NCBI GenBank assembly: GCA_963751275.1
Contig: CAVVTZ010000007.1
Coordinates: 352,001 to 416,000 of the forward strand
Direction: 5' to 3'
Origin: an uncultured Gemmatimonadaceae bacterium
GTDB lineage: Bacteria; Gemmatimonadota; Gemmatimonadetes; Gemmatimonadales; Gemmatimonadaceae
DNA length: 64,000 nucleotides
Position numbers and translations under genes: made by a program. Shown piece after piece: positions 39,760 to 54,003 of this stretch; positions within the stretch are counted from its first letter, which is position 1, and each line of letters begins with the position of its first letter. The notes beneath the pieces were generated by a model. It worked only from the letters and a program-made list of their open reading frames with translations. It was not told the origin of the DNA and did not search any database.

Positions 39760-40016
39760 GCAGCGACCTCCTCGCGCGGCTGAGGCAGCAGCTCGGCGCG
39801 GCCTACGCCGTGCAGCGCGAGCTCGGCGGGGACGAGACATCGCGCTTCTTCCTGGCGACCGAGACGGCGCGCGGACAGCGCGTGATCATCCGGGTGCAGC
39901 GGGGTGGTGCCGGCGCCGCGGAGCCGGAGTTCTCCGCCCTGCCGTACTCCGATGCGCTCATGCGCGAGTTGAGAGTCACGCCGGTCTCGAGCGGCACGGG
40001 ACTCAGCCGGCCGTGA
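39756..40016 (+). pseudogene. N-terminal remnant of a Ser/Thr kinase
   Basis: LRQQLGAAYAVQRELGGDETSRFFLATE...VIIRV corresponds to degenerate subdomains I-II; no HRD or DFG. Confidence 0.6.
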
Positions 40017-40023
40017 TCTGAGC

Positions 40024-40653
40024 ATGGGCGCGAGCGCCGCCCGCCGCCACACTGCGGCGTACGTGACGGCGAGCGTGATCGTCGTGCTCATCGCGGGTGC
40101 GATCATCCTGCGCGCACCGGCGCCCGATCGCGCGCGCCTCGAGACCGCGCGCCGCCTGGAGGAGCGCGTCCGGGATTTCGAGAGCGCCCGGGATCTCCCC
40201 GGCGCGGAGGCCGCCGCGCGCGATCTCATTGCGGCCGACCCCGCGGCGCCATCCGGCTGGAGCCTGCTCGGCGGTGTGCTGCTCGCCGAGCACCGGAACG
40301 ACAGCGCGATCGCGGACCTCCGCCACGCGATCGCGCTCGAGGGCGCAGAGCCGTCGGCGCCCGACCTCGCGTACCTGTCGTACGCGTTCGCGGTCTCGGG
40401 CCAGCGCGATTCAGCGCTTGCGCTCCAGCGCGCGCTCGAGGCCGACGCCGCGCGCGAGCCCGTGTCCCCCGCGGCGCTCGCGATCGCCGAGCTGGGCGCC
40501 GGCCAGCGCGACTCTGCGATCGCGCTGTTCGCGCGCGCGATCGACGAGCATGATGTGTACATGGGACAGATCTTCCCCGAGGATCCCGTGTTCGACGCGG
40601 TGCGCGCCGACCCGCGCTTCGACGCGCTCAAGCGGCGCGCGCACCTGAGTTGA
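40024..40653 (+). CDS. TM + TPR protein resembling the C-terminus of kinase-TPR receptors
   Basis: N-terminal TM, TPR-like helices, DPVFDAVRADPRF..L ending. Confidence 0.7.
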   Translation: MGASAARRHTAAYVTASVIVVLIAGAIILRAPAPDRARLETARRLEERVRDFESARDLPGAEAAARDLIAADPAAPSGWSLLGGVLLAEHRNDSAIADLRHAIALEGAEPSAPDLAYLSYAFAVSGQRDSALALQRALEADAAREPVSPAALAIAELGAGQRDSAIALFARAIDEHDVYMGQIFPEDPVFDAVRADPRFDALKRRAHLS

Positions 40654-40660
40654 ACGGACC

Positions 40661-41471
40661 GTGACCGCCGCCGTCCACATCGGGACGCAGGGCTGGAACT
40701 ACGACGCGTGGGTGGGTCCGTTCTATCCCGACGGCACGCGCGCCGCCGATTTCCTCACGCTCTATGCGCGCGCCTTCGACACCGTGGAGGTCGATTCCAC
40801 CTTCTACGCGATCCCCGCGGAGAAGACCGTGCGCGGCTGGGCCGAGCGGACGCCTGCGCACTTCCGTTTCGCGCTCAAGAATGCCGCAGGAGATCACGCA
40901 CGAGCGCCGGCTGCGCGAGGTGGACGATCTACTCGAGCTCTTCCTCGACCGCGCGCACGTGCTGGGCCCGAAGCTCGGGCCGGTGCTCATCCAGCTCGGC
41001 CCCGATTTCGCGCCGACGGAGCTGCCGGCGCTCGCGCAGTTCCTGGACAAGCTGCCCGCGGACGCGCGCTTCGCCGTGGAATTCCGCCAGCGCGGCTGGA
41101 TCAACGACACCGTGATGCAGACCCTCGCCGATCACAACGTGGCGCTCGCGCTCACCGACGCACGCTGGATCCCGCGGAAGACGATGCTGTCACTCGCCGC
41201 GCGCCCGACCGCGGATTTCGCGTATCTGCGGTGGATGGGACCGAACCGGGAGATCGTCGACTACTCCCGCATCCAGCACGACCGGACGGCCGAATTGGAG
41301 GAATGGAGCGAGGCGATCCTGCTGCTCATCCAGAAGGTGAGCGCCGTGAGCGGGTACGTGAACAACCATTTCGCGGGGCATTCGCCGTACAGCGCGCGGC
41401 AACTGCAACGACTGCTGGGCCAGCGGCCGGTGGAGCCGGGCGAACTGGGTGAGCAGATCAGTCTGTTCTAA
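40661..41471 (+). CDS. DUF72 (YecE-like) protein; frameshift near 40880
   Basis: IGTQGWNY..W.GPFYP, TVEVDSTFY, LGPVLIQ, AVEFR, YLRW.G, NNHFAG; C-terminal QISLF. Confidence 0.9.
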
Positions 41472-41477
41472 GAGCTG

Positions 41478-41556
41478 AGGGGAAACGGGAAACGGGATAC
41501 GGGAGCGAGTGGTGCCAAGAACCACTCGCTCCCGTTTCCCGTTTCCCGTTTCCCCT
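41478..41556. repeat. Heptamer-armed palindrome (GGGAAAC)n..(GTTTCCC)n
   Basis: 36-bp arms with one mismatch and a 7-nt loop; starts 6 bp after the DUF72 stop. Confidence 0.9.
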
Positions 41557-41658
41557 GTGCTCCATTGCGCAGTCTGCAGTGAGACTCTGCAAGTGAATCC
41601 GACCGTCGTAGCGGCAGGCGACAGCCGACAGTCGACGTCCGCTGTTATCTATTCGCGA

Positions 41659-42370
41659 ATGCCCTCCCGCCGCCAACTCCTCGCCGCCCTCCTGGGCCTT
41701 GCCGCCGCGGCCGTCTTCGTGCGACTCGGCTTCTGGCAGCTCGACCGGCTGAAGCAGCGCCGTCTTGCGAATGACGTGAAGCTCACGCGCATGATCGCGC
41801 CGCCGGTCGGTCCCTTCGCCATGATCGCGGGTGCACGCCGTTGGCGCCCGGTGCGCGCGACGGGAACGTTCGACTTCGATCACCAGGTCGTGATCACCGG
41901 CGAATCCCGCGATGGCGCGCCCGGTGTCTACATCATCACGCCGTTCACCGTGGAGCCCAGCAACCGCGTGGTCCTCGTGAACCGCGGCTGGGTCTACTCG
42001 CCCGACGCGCAGACCGTGGAGCTCAACAAGTTCGATGAGCCGCCGCACCAGGTGCTGAACGGCTACGTGGACGAGTTCGTGACGGACGGAAAGGGCCCGG
42101 CGCGCACGGCATCCAACCCGAACGCCTTCCGTCGCATGGATGCGGCCGAGCTGCCGAAGGCGTTCCCGTTCCCGATCGCCATGTTCTACGTGGTGGCGCA
42201 GCGCGACAGCAGCGCCGCGCCGGCGCCCGGGGCGCCCGTCCGGCTGCCGCCGCCTTCGCTCGACGAAGGGCCGCATTCTGAATTACGCGATCCAGTGGTT
42301 CGCCTTCGCACTGATCGCGATCGGCGGCGCCTCGGTGATGATCTATCGCGAACGCCGGACGCCGGGGTAG
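41659..42370 (+). CDS. SURF1 family protein; frameshift near 42280
   Basis: LGFWQLDR, PGVYIITP, LVNRGWV, H.NYAIQWFAFA. Confidence 0.9.
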
Positions 42371-42484
42371 GAGATTCCCTGAGTGTACTCCCCCGCGCGG
42401 GTGCTATAACTTCCAGTCAGGACGGACGCGTTCCGCCCGCCGGCCGCGCGGTCGCGGCCCGGAACCTTTGCCATTGAAGGCACC

Positions 42485-44383
42485 ATGTCACCGTCATCCC
42501 ACGGCCACGCCACCGAGCAGGAAGCCCGCGACGTCGCGGAGTCCGCGCGCGAGAGTGAATGGGCGTCGCCGAGCTTCCTGAAGGAGATGTTCCTCGGCCG
42601 GCTGCGCATGGATCTCATCGATCCCTTCCCGCAGGAGACCGCGGAGGAGGCAGCGCGCGCCAAGCCGTTCATGGAGAAGTTGCGCGCGTTCCTCGACCGG
42701 CTCGACTCGGACAAGATCGACCGCGAGGGGAACATCCCCGAGAGCGCCGTGCAGGAACTGCGCGACATGGGCGCGTTCGGCATCAAGATCCCGGTCGAAT
42801 ACGGCGGCCTGGGCCTCTCGCAGACGAGTTACATCCGCGCCATCGGCATGGTGACGTCGAAGGATGGCTCGCTCACGGCACTGCTCTCCGCCGCGCAATC
42901 GATCGGGCTTCCCGGTCCGCTCAAGCTCTTCGGCACCGAGGAACAGAAGAAGAAGTACCTGCCGCGGCTCGCGAAGGGTGCGATCTCGGCGTTCGCGCTC
43001 ACCGAAGTCGACGCCGGCAGCGACCCGGCGAACATGCGCACCACGGCGACGCCCACCGAGGATGGGAAGACGTTCGTGATCAACGGCGAGAAGCTCTGGA
43101 TCACGAACGGCACGCGGTGCGAGTTGATGGTCGTGATGGCGCGCACGCCCGATGCGGTCGTTGGCGGCAAGCCGAAGAAGCAGATCACGGCCTTCATCGT
43201 CGAGACGAAGACGCCCGGCCTGGAGGTGACGCACCGAAACCACTTCATGGGGCTGCGCGCGATCGAGAACGCCGTGCTCAAATTCACGAACGTGCGTGTG
43301 CCGCGTGAGAACATCATCTGGGGGGAAGGGAAGGGGCTCAAGCTCGCGCTGGTGACGCTGAACACCGGCCGGCTCACGCTGCCGGCGAGTTGCGCGTACG
43401 GGTCGAAGCAGATGCTGCGCATCGTGCGCGAGTGGTCCACGAAGCGCGTGCAGTGGGGGCAGCCGGTGGGCAAGCACGAGGCCGTCGCGCAGAAGATCGC
43501 GCACATGGCGGCGAACGTGTTCGCCATGGAGTCGGTGGCCGAGCTGTCGAGCGGGCTGGCGGACCGCGGCGGCTACGACATCCGCCTCGAAGCGGCGATC
43601 GCGAAGCTGTGGAACAGCGAAGCGAGCTGGCGCGGCGTGGATGATGCGGTGCAGATCCGCGGCGGCCGCGGCTATGAGACCGCCGACTCGCTGCGCGCGC
43701 GTGGCGAGGACCCGATCCCGCTGGAGCGCGCGATGCGCGACTCGCGGATCAACCTGATCTTCGAGGGATCCTCGGAGATCATGCGGCTGTTCATCGCGCG
43801 CGAAGCGGTGGACCATCACTTCAAGACCGCGTTCGACCTCGTGAACCCGCAGGCGACCGGCGCACAGCGCCGGGCGGCGTTCGCGCGCTCGGCGAAGTTC
43901 TATCCGTTCTGGTATCCGATGATGTGGTTCGGCGGCCTGCGCCGCTACGGCGACTTCGGGAAGCTCGCCGGCCACGTGCGCTACATCGAACGCACGACGC
44001 GCAAGCTCGGCCGCTCAGTGTTCCACGCGATGGTGCGCCTGGGGCCGAAGCTCGAGAAGCGGCAGATGGTGCTCTTCCGTCTCGTGGATGTTGGCGCGGA
44101 ATTGTTCGCGATGTCCGCGAGCTGCTCGCGCGCCCGCGCGCTCGCCGCGAAGGGGGACGCGTCGGCGATCGAGGTGGCCGACCTGTTCTGCAATGAGGCG
44201 CGGCTGCGGATCGCGGAACTTTTCCGCAACCTGTTCGGTCCGAACGACGCGGCGCTGTACAAGGTCTCGCAGCGCGTGATGGCGGGGGATCTGACGTGGC
44301 TGGAGGATGGCATTGTGCGCGTCGAATCTCCGGCGAGCACGACGGCGGAGCAGAAGCCGAGGCGGGAAGCCGCGTTGGTCTAG
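42485..44383 (+). CDS. Acyl-CoA dehydrogenase (FadE10/VLCAD-like)
   Basis: AFALTE..AGSD, NGEKLWITNG, LNTGR, QIRGGRGYE, RINLIFEGSSEI. Confidence 0.95.
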   Translation: MSPSSHGHATEQEARDVAESARESEWASPSFLKEMFLGRLRMDLIDPFPQETAEEAARAKPFMEKLRAFLDRLDSDKIDREGNIPESAVQELRDMGAFGIKIPVEYGGLGLSQTSYIRAIGMVTSKDGSLTALLSAAQSIGLPGPLKLFGTEEQKKKYLPRLAKGAISAFALTEVDAGSDPANMRTTATPTEDGKTFVINGEKLWITNGTRCELMVVMARTPDAVVGGKPKKQITAFIVETKTPGLEVTHRNHFMGLRAIENAVLKFTNVRVPRENIIWGEGKGLKLALVTLNTGRLTLPASCAYGSKQMLRIVREWSTKRVQWGQPVGKHEAVAQKIAHMAANVFAMESVAELSSGLADRGGYDIRLEAAIAKLWNSEASWRGVDDAVQIRGGRGYETADSLRARGEDPIPLERAMRDSRINLIFEGSSEIMRLFIAREAVDHHFKTAFDLVNPQATGAQRRAAFARSAKFYPFWYPMMWFGGLRRYGDFGKLAGHVRYIERTTRKLGRSVFHAMVRLGPKLEKRQMVLFRLVDVGAELFAMSASCSRARALAAKGDASAIEVADLFCNEARLRIAELFRNLFGPNDAALYKVSQRVMAGDLTWLEDGIVRVESPASTTAEQKPRREAALV

Positions 44384-44410
44384 GCACGGCACGAGCCGGA
44401 ACTGAAACAA

Positions 44411-44479
44411 GGGATACGGGAAACGGGAAACGGGAGGGAGTAGTCACTACTCCCTCCCGTTTCCCGTTTCCCGTATCCC
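44411..44479. repeat. Heptamer-armed perfect palindrome (GGGAAAC)n between convergent genes; probably also a terminator
   Basis: Perfect 34-bp arms at 44411-44444 and 44446-44479. Confidence 0.9.
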
Positions 44480-44501
44480 CTCTGCCGCTGCCGTTCGAAG
44501 T

Positions 44502-44873
44502 TCAGCGCGCGTGTCTATACATGAGCTCCACCAGCTCGTCGTACATTCGCTCGCGCGCCGCGCTGTCCGCGCCCCGGATCGCATCCGCCGCACAGTAGCG
44601 CAGGTGATTGCCCATCAGTCCGCGACCCACCGCGCGCAGCGCCTCGTGCACCGAGCCGATCTGCGTCATGACGTCGGCGCAGTAGCGGTCCTCCTCGATC
44701 ATCTTCTGCAGCCCGCGCACCTGCCCCTCGATGCGCCGAAGGCGCCGCAGGTTCGCGGCCTTCGTCGCCGCGTCCACGCCGTGCGCCTTGCGCGCGCCGC
44801 GCCCGCCGGGCGCCTCGTGCTCGAGGCCGCACGCGCAGGCCGCCGCCTTCTTCGCTTTCGCCGTCACCGCCAT
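44502..44873 (-). CDS. csoR: Copper-sensing repressor CsoR
   Basis: RLRRIEGQVRG..KMIEEDRYC.D, HLRYC. Confidence 0.92.
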   Translation of the reverse strand: MAVTAKAKKAAACACGLEHEAPGGRGARKAHGVDAATKAANLRRLRRIEGQVRGLQKMIEEDRYCADVMTQIGSVHEALRAVGRGLMGNHLRYCAADAIRGADSAARERMYDELVELMYRHAR

Positions 44874-44883
44874 GGTGCGCTCC

Positions 44884-47240
<2,357 letters not shown>

Positions 47241-47244
<4 letters not shown>

Positions 47245-47453
47245 GCCGGGACCGCGTGGGCCGTGTAGCCGGCGGCGGTGACGACGGCGGTGATCTGCGC
47301 GGCGTTCGCGGCGGCCGGATCGAACTCCAGCGTGGCGCGGCCGATCGAGACGGTCTCGATCTTCACGCCGGGCATGCCGGCGAGCGCGCCGCGCACGGCG
47401 TTCAGGCAATGGCCGCAGCTCATGCCGTCGATGGTGAGTGTGAGGCGTTCCAT
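47241..47453 (-). CDS. copZ: Copper chaperone CopZ
   Basis: [25 protein letters not shown] overlap with copA. Confidence 0.93.
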
Positions 47454-47489
47454 GATTACTCCTCGCGGGCGGGTGATGCCTGGAAGCTA

Positions 47490-47506
47490 ATACCCCCAGG
47501 GGGTAT
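47490..47506. promoter_or_regulatory. CsoR operator
   Basis: Perfect ATACCCCC-A-GGGGGTAT palindrome between TTGATA (-35) and TAGCTT (-10) of the copZ promoter. Confidence 0.85.
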
Positions 47507-47703
47507 ATCAAGAGGCCGAAGGAAAGGGCGGAGCCCGACCCCGCGATAGATGGCCGCGCTGACACTCGAGCCGCCGTCGTTCCGTATGGCAATCAAGGCG
47601 CCTTCCAACGTTTTCCTCACCGCCGGTGTCACACCTTCCAGCCCTTCGCCTTGGGCTGCGATCCGTCGTCTCCGCCGCTCGAATCCACCTTCGCGAACCG
47701 GGA

Positions 47704-50358
47704 ATGCGCCGCCTGCTGCTATCCGCCGTGCTCGCCTCGCCCCTGATCCTGCCGGCGCAGTCGCCCGCGCCCGCGCCGCCGCCCTCGCGGTCCGGCGCGA
47801 CGCCGAGCGATGACGCCAGGACGCGCGCCGAGACGACGGTCGGGCAGCAGCTCGCGTCGCTCGGCGATCCACCGGTGCGCGCCGCGACCGCCACCGCCAA
47901 CTCCGCCATCGCCACACGCGCGCGCCTCGCACCCGTGATCGACGGCAAGGATGACGATCCGGTCTGGGCGCAGGCGCAGATCATCGACTCCTTTCGCCAG
48001 TTCCAGCCCGAGGAAGACAGCACGCCGAGCTTCCGCACCGTCGCGAAGGTCGTGTACGACGACAAGTACCTGTACGTGTTCGTGCGAATGTACGATCCGC
48101 ATCCCGACAGCATCGTCGCGCTGCTCAGCCGCCACGACGTGCACACGCAATCCGATTGGATCAAGGTGATGCTCGACTCGTACCACGACAAACGCAGCGG
48201 CTACGAGTTCGCGGTGAACGCGCGCGGCGTGAAACGCGATTACTACATGTACAACGACAGTCAGGAAGACGACTCGTGGGACGGCATCTGGGACGTCGCC
48301 ACCACGGTCGATTCGCTCGGCTGGACGGCCGAGTTCCAGATCCCCTTCGACCAGCTGCGCTTCGCGCCGGCGCCGAATCTCACCATGGGACTCGGCATCT
48401 GGCGCGACATCGCGCGCTACAACGAGCGCGACAGCTGGCCCGTGTTCCGCCGCTCCAAGCCGGGAATCTCCTCGCAGATCGGCGAGATCACCGGCATCGA
48501 AGGGCTTGGCTCGCCGCGCCACCTCGAGGTCGTGCCGTACGTCGTGGCCAAGAACGTCACGTGGCCGGATGGCCCGGGCTACCAGCGCCAGCAGGAGTTC
48601 ACGGGCGGCGCCGACCTCAAGTACGGCGTCACCACGAACCTCACGCTCGACGGCACGGTGAATCCCGATTTCGGCCAGGTCGAATCCGACCCCGCCTTGC
48701 TCAACCTCTCCGCGTTCGAGACCTTCCTGCCGGAGAAGCGGCCGTTCTTCGTCGAGGGCACCGGCATCTTCCACCTCGACGTCGGGTGCAACAACGGTGC
48801 GTGCACCGGACTCTTCTACTCACGGCGCATCGGCCGCCAGCCGCAGTTGAGCGACGGGTCGCTCGCATCGCCCACCGCCACGCCGATCTACGGCGCGGCC
48901 AAACTCACCGGCCGTCTCAGCAACGGACTCTCGGTGGGCGTGCTCGACGCGCTCACGGCGCAGGCCGACAATTCCGACGGCAGCACCGCCGAGCCGCCCA
49001 CGAACTACTTCGCGGCGCGCGCGATCAAGGAGTACGACGACGGCCAGGGCGGCGTCGGTGCGATGGTCACCGCCACCAACCGGCAGAACGATGCGTGGAC
49101 CTCGCCGTACCTGCGCACGAGCGCGTACACCGGCGGCGTCGATTTCCGGAAGCAGTTCTCCAAGCGCCAGTACGAACTGACGGGCTACGTGGTGGGCAGC
49201 TCGGTGAGCGGTTCCGATAGCGCGATGCTGTTCACGCAGGAGAACAGCACGCACTACTACCAACGCCCGGGCAGTGGTCTCCCCTTCGACACGCTGCGCA
49301 CGTCGCTCGCCGGCGATGCCGAGCAGGTCAGCTTCGGCAAGATCGGCGGCGGCGTTCTGCGCTTCAACACGAGCCTCCAGCGCGTCAGCCCCGGCTTCGA
49401 GATCAACGATCTCGGCTATCTCGCGCAGGCGGGCACGGAGAGTTGGGGGAACTGGATCGGCTTTCAATACCAGGAACCGAAGTCGTTCTACAAGCAGCTC
49501 TTCCTGAACTTCAATGCCTACGGTGCATGGAGCGCCGAGGGGATCTCTGGCGCGCACCTCAGCACCACGAGCACGAACGTGAACGCGACGTCGGAGTTGA
49601 GGAACGGCTGGATCGTGAACGTCGGCATCGAGGGGGACAATCTGCTCGGCGTCTTCGACGACCGGAAGGCACGCGGCGGTCCTGCGATGTTCCGCCACCC
49701 GTTCCTTTCATGGTGGGGCGGGATCCAGGGCGATCCGCGCATGAAGATCGTGCCGAGCATCAACACCTTCGGCTTCAACGGCAGCGGCGGCAAGTCGCAC
49801 GGATGGGGCGTCGACCCGCAGGTGCTGTTCACGATGTCCTCCAACCTCGCGCTCACCCTCGGCCTGCACTACGACCTGAACATTGACTACACGCAGTGGG
49901 TACAGAATTTCTCCAGCGGGGCCGACACCAGCACGTTCGCGGTGCTCCACCAGGACACCTTCTCCGCCACCATCCGGCTCGACGCGACCTTTACGCCCAA
50001 GCTGTCCTTCCAGCTCTTCGCGAACCCGTTCATCAGCGACGGCCGCTACGAGAACTGGCGCGCGCTCACCGACCCGCGTGCGACGACGTACGACGCGCAA
50101 TTCACGCCGTACTCGCGAGGGGACACGACGGCCGCTTCATACAATTTCAACGACCAGGAGTTGATCATGAACTCCGTGCTGCGCTGGGAATACCGGCGCG
50201 GCTCCGCGGTCTATCTCGTCTGGCAGCACGGCCGCAACTACTACAATCAGAGCCAGCAGTACAGCGGCTTCGATCCCGGCACGAACGTCAACAACCTGCT
50301 CTCGATCCACCCGATCAACACCTTCCTCGTGAAGATGACCTACTGGCTTAGCCTGTAG
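47704..50358 (+). CDS. CBM9-like + DUF5916 outer-membrane protein
   Basis: Signal peptide, PVIDG..DD.VW, GWTAEFQIPF, TVNPDFGQVE, EKRPFF.EG, FYSRRIG, aromatic C-terminal strand. Confidence 0.85.
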   Translation: MRRLLLSAVLASPLILPAQSPAPAPPPSRSGATPSDDARTRAETTVGQQLASLGDPPVRAATATANSAIATRARLAPVIDGKDDDPVWAQAQIIDSFRQFQPEEDSTPSFRTVAKVVYDDKYLYVFVRMYDPHPDSIVALLSRHDVHTQSDWIKVMLDSYHDKRSGYEFAVNARGVKRDYYMYNDSQEDDSWDGIWDVATTVDSLGWTAEFQIPFDQLRFAPAPNLTMGLGIWRDIARYNERDSWPVFRRSKPGISSQIGEITGIEGLGSPRHLEVVPYVVAKNVTWPDGPGYQRQQEFTGGADLKYGVTTNLTLDGTVNPDFGQVESDPALLNLSAFETFLPEKRPFFVEGTGIFHLDVGCNNGACTGLFYSRRIGRQPQLSDGSLASPTATPIYGAAKLTGRLSNGLSVGVLDALTAQADNSDGSTAEPPTNYFAARAIKEYDDGQGGVGAMVTATNRQNDAWTSPYLRTSAYTGGVDFRKQFSKRQYELTGYVVGSSVSGSDSAMLFTQENSTHYYQRPGSGLPFDTLRTSLAGDAEQVSFGKIGGGVLRFNTSLQRVSPGFEINDLGYLAQAGTESWGNWIGFQYQEPKSFYKQLFLNFNAYGAWSAEGISGAHLSTTSTNVNATSELRNGWIVNVGIEGDNLLGVFDDRKARGGPAMFRHPFLSWWGGIQGDPRMKIVPSINTFGFNGSGGKSHGWGVDPQVLFTMSSNLALTLGLHYDLNIDYTQWVQNFSSGADTSTFAVLHQDTFSATIRLDATFTPKLSFQLFANPFISDGRYENWRALTDPRATTYDAQFTPYSRGDTTAASYNFNDQELIMNSVLRWEYRRGSAVYLVWQHGRNYYNQSQQYSGFDPGTNVNNLLSIHPINTFLVKMTYWLSL

Positions 50359-50496
50359 CGCGGGATACCTGGGGCCGCCTGCAGGTGACCGCGGAGGAGC
50401 AGCTGAAGCCGGCTGCTCCTTCGTGCATCCGGCGGTCGTTGACGCGCCCCGCGCCCCCTGCGAGCTTTCCGCCTCCACTCCTCCGCGGCTGGCCCC

Positions 50497-51386
50497 ATGA
50501 CCCGCATCGCATTCCTCGGCCTCGGCGCGATCGGCACGCCGATGGCGCGGCACCTGATCGATCCGCGCTTCGAGCTCGCGGTGTGGAACCGCACGCGCGA
50601 GAAGGCGATCGCGTTCGCCGGCGCGGGCGCCAACGTACGCGTCGCGGCCTCGCCGCTCGACGCCGCGAAGGGCGCGGAGTTCGTGATCACCTGCCTCCCC
50701 GCGTCGCCCGACGTGGAGTCGATCCTCGAAGGACATGGCGGTCTCGCCGCCGGACTCGAGCGCGGATCGGTGCTCGTGGACTGCACGTCGGGCGACCCCG
50801 CCACCTCGCGCCGGATCGCGGCGCGCCTCGCGGAGCGGGGCGTCGATTTCGCCGACGCCCCCGTGAGCGGCGGCGTGATCGGCGCCGAGAAGGGCAAGCT
50901 CACCGTGATGGTCGGCGGCGACGCGCGCGTGTTCGAGCGCATCCAGCCGGTGCTCGCCGCGTTCGGTGAGAAGATCGTACACTGCGGCCCGGTCGGCGCG
51001 GGACACGCGCTCAAGTCGGTGAACAACGCGCTGCTCGCCGTGCACATCTGGTCCGCCGCCGAGGGGCTCGCGGCGCTCGCGAAGGCCGGCGTGAAGCCCG
51101 CGGTCGCGCTGGATGTGATCAACGCATCGAGCGGGCGCAGCAACGCGTCGCAGAACCTGTTCCCGGAGCGCGTGCTGTCTCGCGCCTTCCCGCGCACCTT
51201 CCGCCTCGCGCTGCTCGACAAGGACGTCGGCATCGCGGCGGCGGTCGCGAAAGAGCAGCGTGTGCCCGCGCCGCTCATCGCGCTCACCGCGGAACTCTTC
51301 CGCGCCGCCCACAACGCGCTCGGCGAAGAGGCCGATCACGTGGAGGCGGTGAAATTCCTCGAACAGCTGGCCCAGGTGGAGATCGC

Positions 51387-51390
<4 letters not shown>
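50497..51390 (+). CDS. NAD(P)-dependent beta-hydroxyacid dehydrogenase (3-hydroxyisobutyrate dehydrogenase family)
   Basis: IAFLGLGAIG.PMA, DAPVSGG, GAGHALKSVNN, F.L.LL.KD. Confidence 0.92.
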
Positions 51391-52643
<1,253 letters not shown>

Positions 52644-52682
52644 GCGTTCCGCGCGCCTCGTTCCTCGCCGAGGTCCGCGGCG

Positions 52683-53894
52683 CTATTTCTTCTTGCGCGA
52701 TACGGTGGTGGACTCCAGCGCCGCGACGAACGGCGTGTACTCCGATCCCGGACTCCACAGCACCCAGCTGTCGTAGCCCGCGTCGTACACGGCCTTCTTC
52801 TGCGCCTCGATCTGCGCGCTCGTGTAATGCGGCGGGCCGAGCGTGAACGCCTGCAGCCACGCGCGCACGTGGATCGGGCTCGTGATGCCGAGGCGCGTGT
52901 CCTTGTGATGCGCCGCCGTGATCGCGGAGTCCACCACGAGATAGGGCTCCGTGTTCGGGTGCGCGATGCCGAAGGCGCCGTGCGGATAGTGTGACGGGTA
53001 CACCATCGGCAGCAGCACGTCGGTCACCGGCGCGAGCTCGCTCCACTCCTGGCCCACCTCGAGCGCGCCGCCGATCGACGTCACCATGCCGAAGATGTCC
53101 GCCGTGCACCGCGCGCCGGCCGCGTGGATGCGCGGGCACGCCGCGCGGAAGAAATCCGCGAGCGCCTTGGGCTTCGACACGCCGTTCGCGTCCTTGAACA
53201 CCTGCGGCGGCAGCGACGGGTACGGCTCCGGGAAGCGGATGTAGTCGAACTGGATCTCGTCGAAGCCGAGGTGCGCGAGCTCCACCGCGACGCGAATGTT
53301 GTACTCGCGGATCACCGGATCGTACGGGTCCACCCAGGTGAGCCCCTTCTTGTCGTGCCAGGGCGTGCCGTCGGGCTTCCGGATCACGTGCTGCGGATTC
53401 ACGCGCGCGGCCACGGAGTCCTTGAACACCACCACGCGCGCGATCGCGAGGATGTGGTGCGCCTTGAGCGTGTCGAGCAGTTCGGGCAGATGCTTCACGC
53501 GCCCCGAGTGCCCCGCGTTGCGCGAGACGCTCGAGTCCTTCGACTCGAAGTTGAGCCCGAACTCGTCCTTCATGTCGATCACGAGCGCGTTGATCTCGGT
53601 CTGGTCCGCGATGGCGATGAGGTGTCGCATCTTCTTCGCGCTCTGCGACGCCCAGCGGTTCACGTAGAGCGCGCGCACGATCCCGGTGTCGCCCATCGGC
53701 TTGCGCGCGGGAGCCGGTGCCAGCGCGGCGGCGGCCGGCCTCTTCGCGGCGGCGGTGTCCGTCGCCGGCGGCGCGGCGTGCGCGGTGTCGCGGATCGTAT
53801 CGCGCGCGACGGCGCGCCGCACCGGCGCGGCCGATGCTTCGCCGCGGCACGCGGCGCTGAGAATGAAGAGGACGGCGATGACAGGGCGGCGCAT
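52683..53894 (-). CDS. Putative glycoside hydrolase lipoprotein (DUF4015-like)
   Basis: Lipobox SAAC, NALVIDMKD, IARVVVFKD, GFDEIQFDYIRFP, PMVYPSHY, WLQAF. Confidence 0.85.
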   Translation of the reverse strand: MRRPVIAVLFILSAACRGEASAAPVRRAVARDTIRDTAHAAPPATDTAAAKRPAAAALAPAPARKPMGDTGIVRALYVNRWASQSAKKMRHLIAIADQTEINALVIDMKDEFGLNFESKDSSVSRNAGHSGRVKHLPELLDTLKAHHILAIARVVVFKDSVAARVNPQHVIRKPDGTPWHDKKGLTWVDPYDPVIREYNIRVAVELAHLGFDEIQFDYIRFPEPYPSLPPQVFKDANGVSKPKALADFFRAACPRIHAAGARCTADIFGMVTSIGGALEVGQEWSELAPVTDVLLPMVYPSHYPHGAFGIAHPNTEPYLVVDSAITAAHHKDTRLGITSPIHVRAWLQAFTLGPPHYTSAQIEAQKKAVYDAGYDSWVLWSPGSEYTPFVAALESTTVSRKKK

Positions 53895-54003
53895 CTGCGA
53901 CTCGCGTGGTGCAGGTTGATCCCAGGGGACGCGAAATCTACAGTGCGCGTCGTGTCCATAGCACGACGACCCCATGCTTCCCGTCACAACGTATATTCCG
54001 CGC

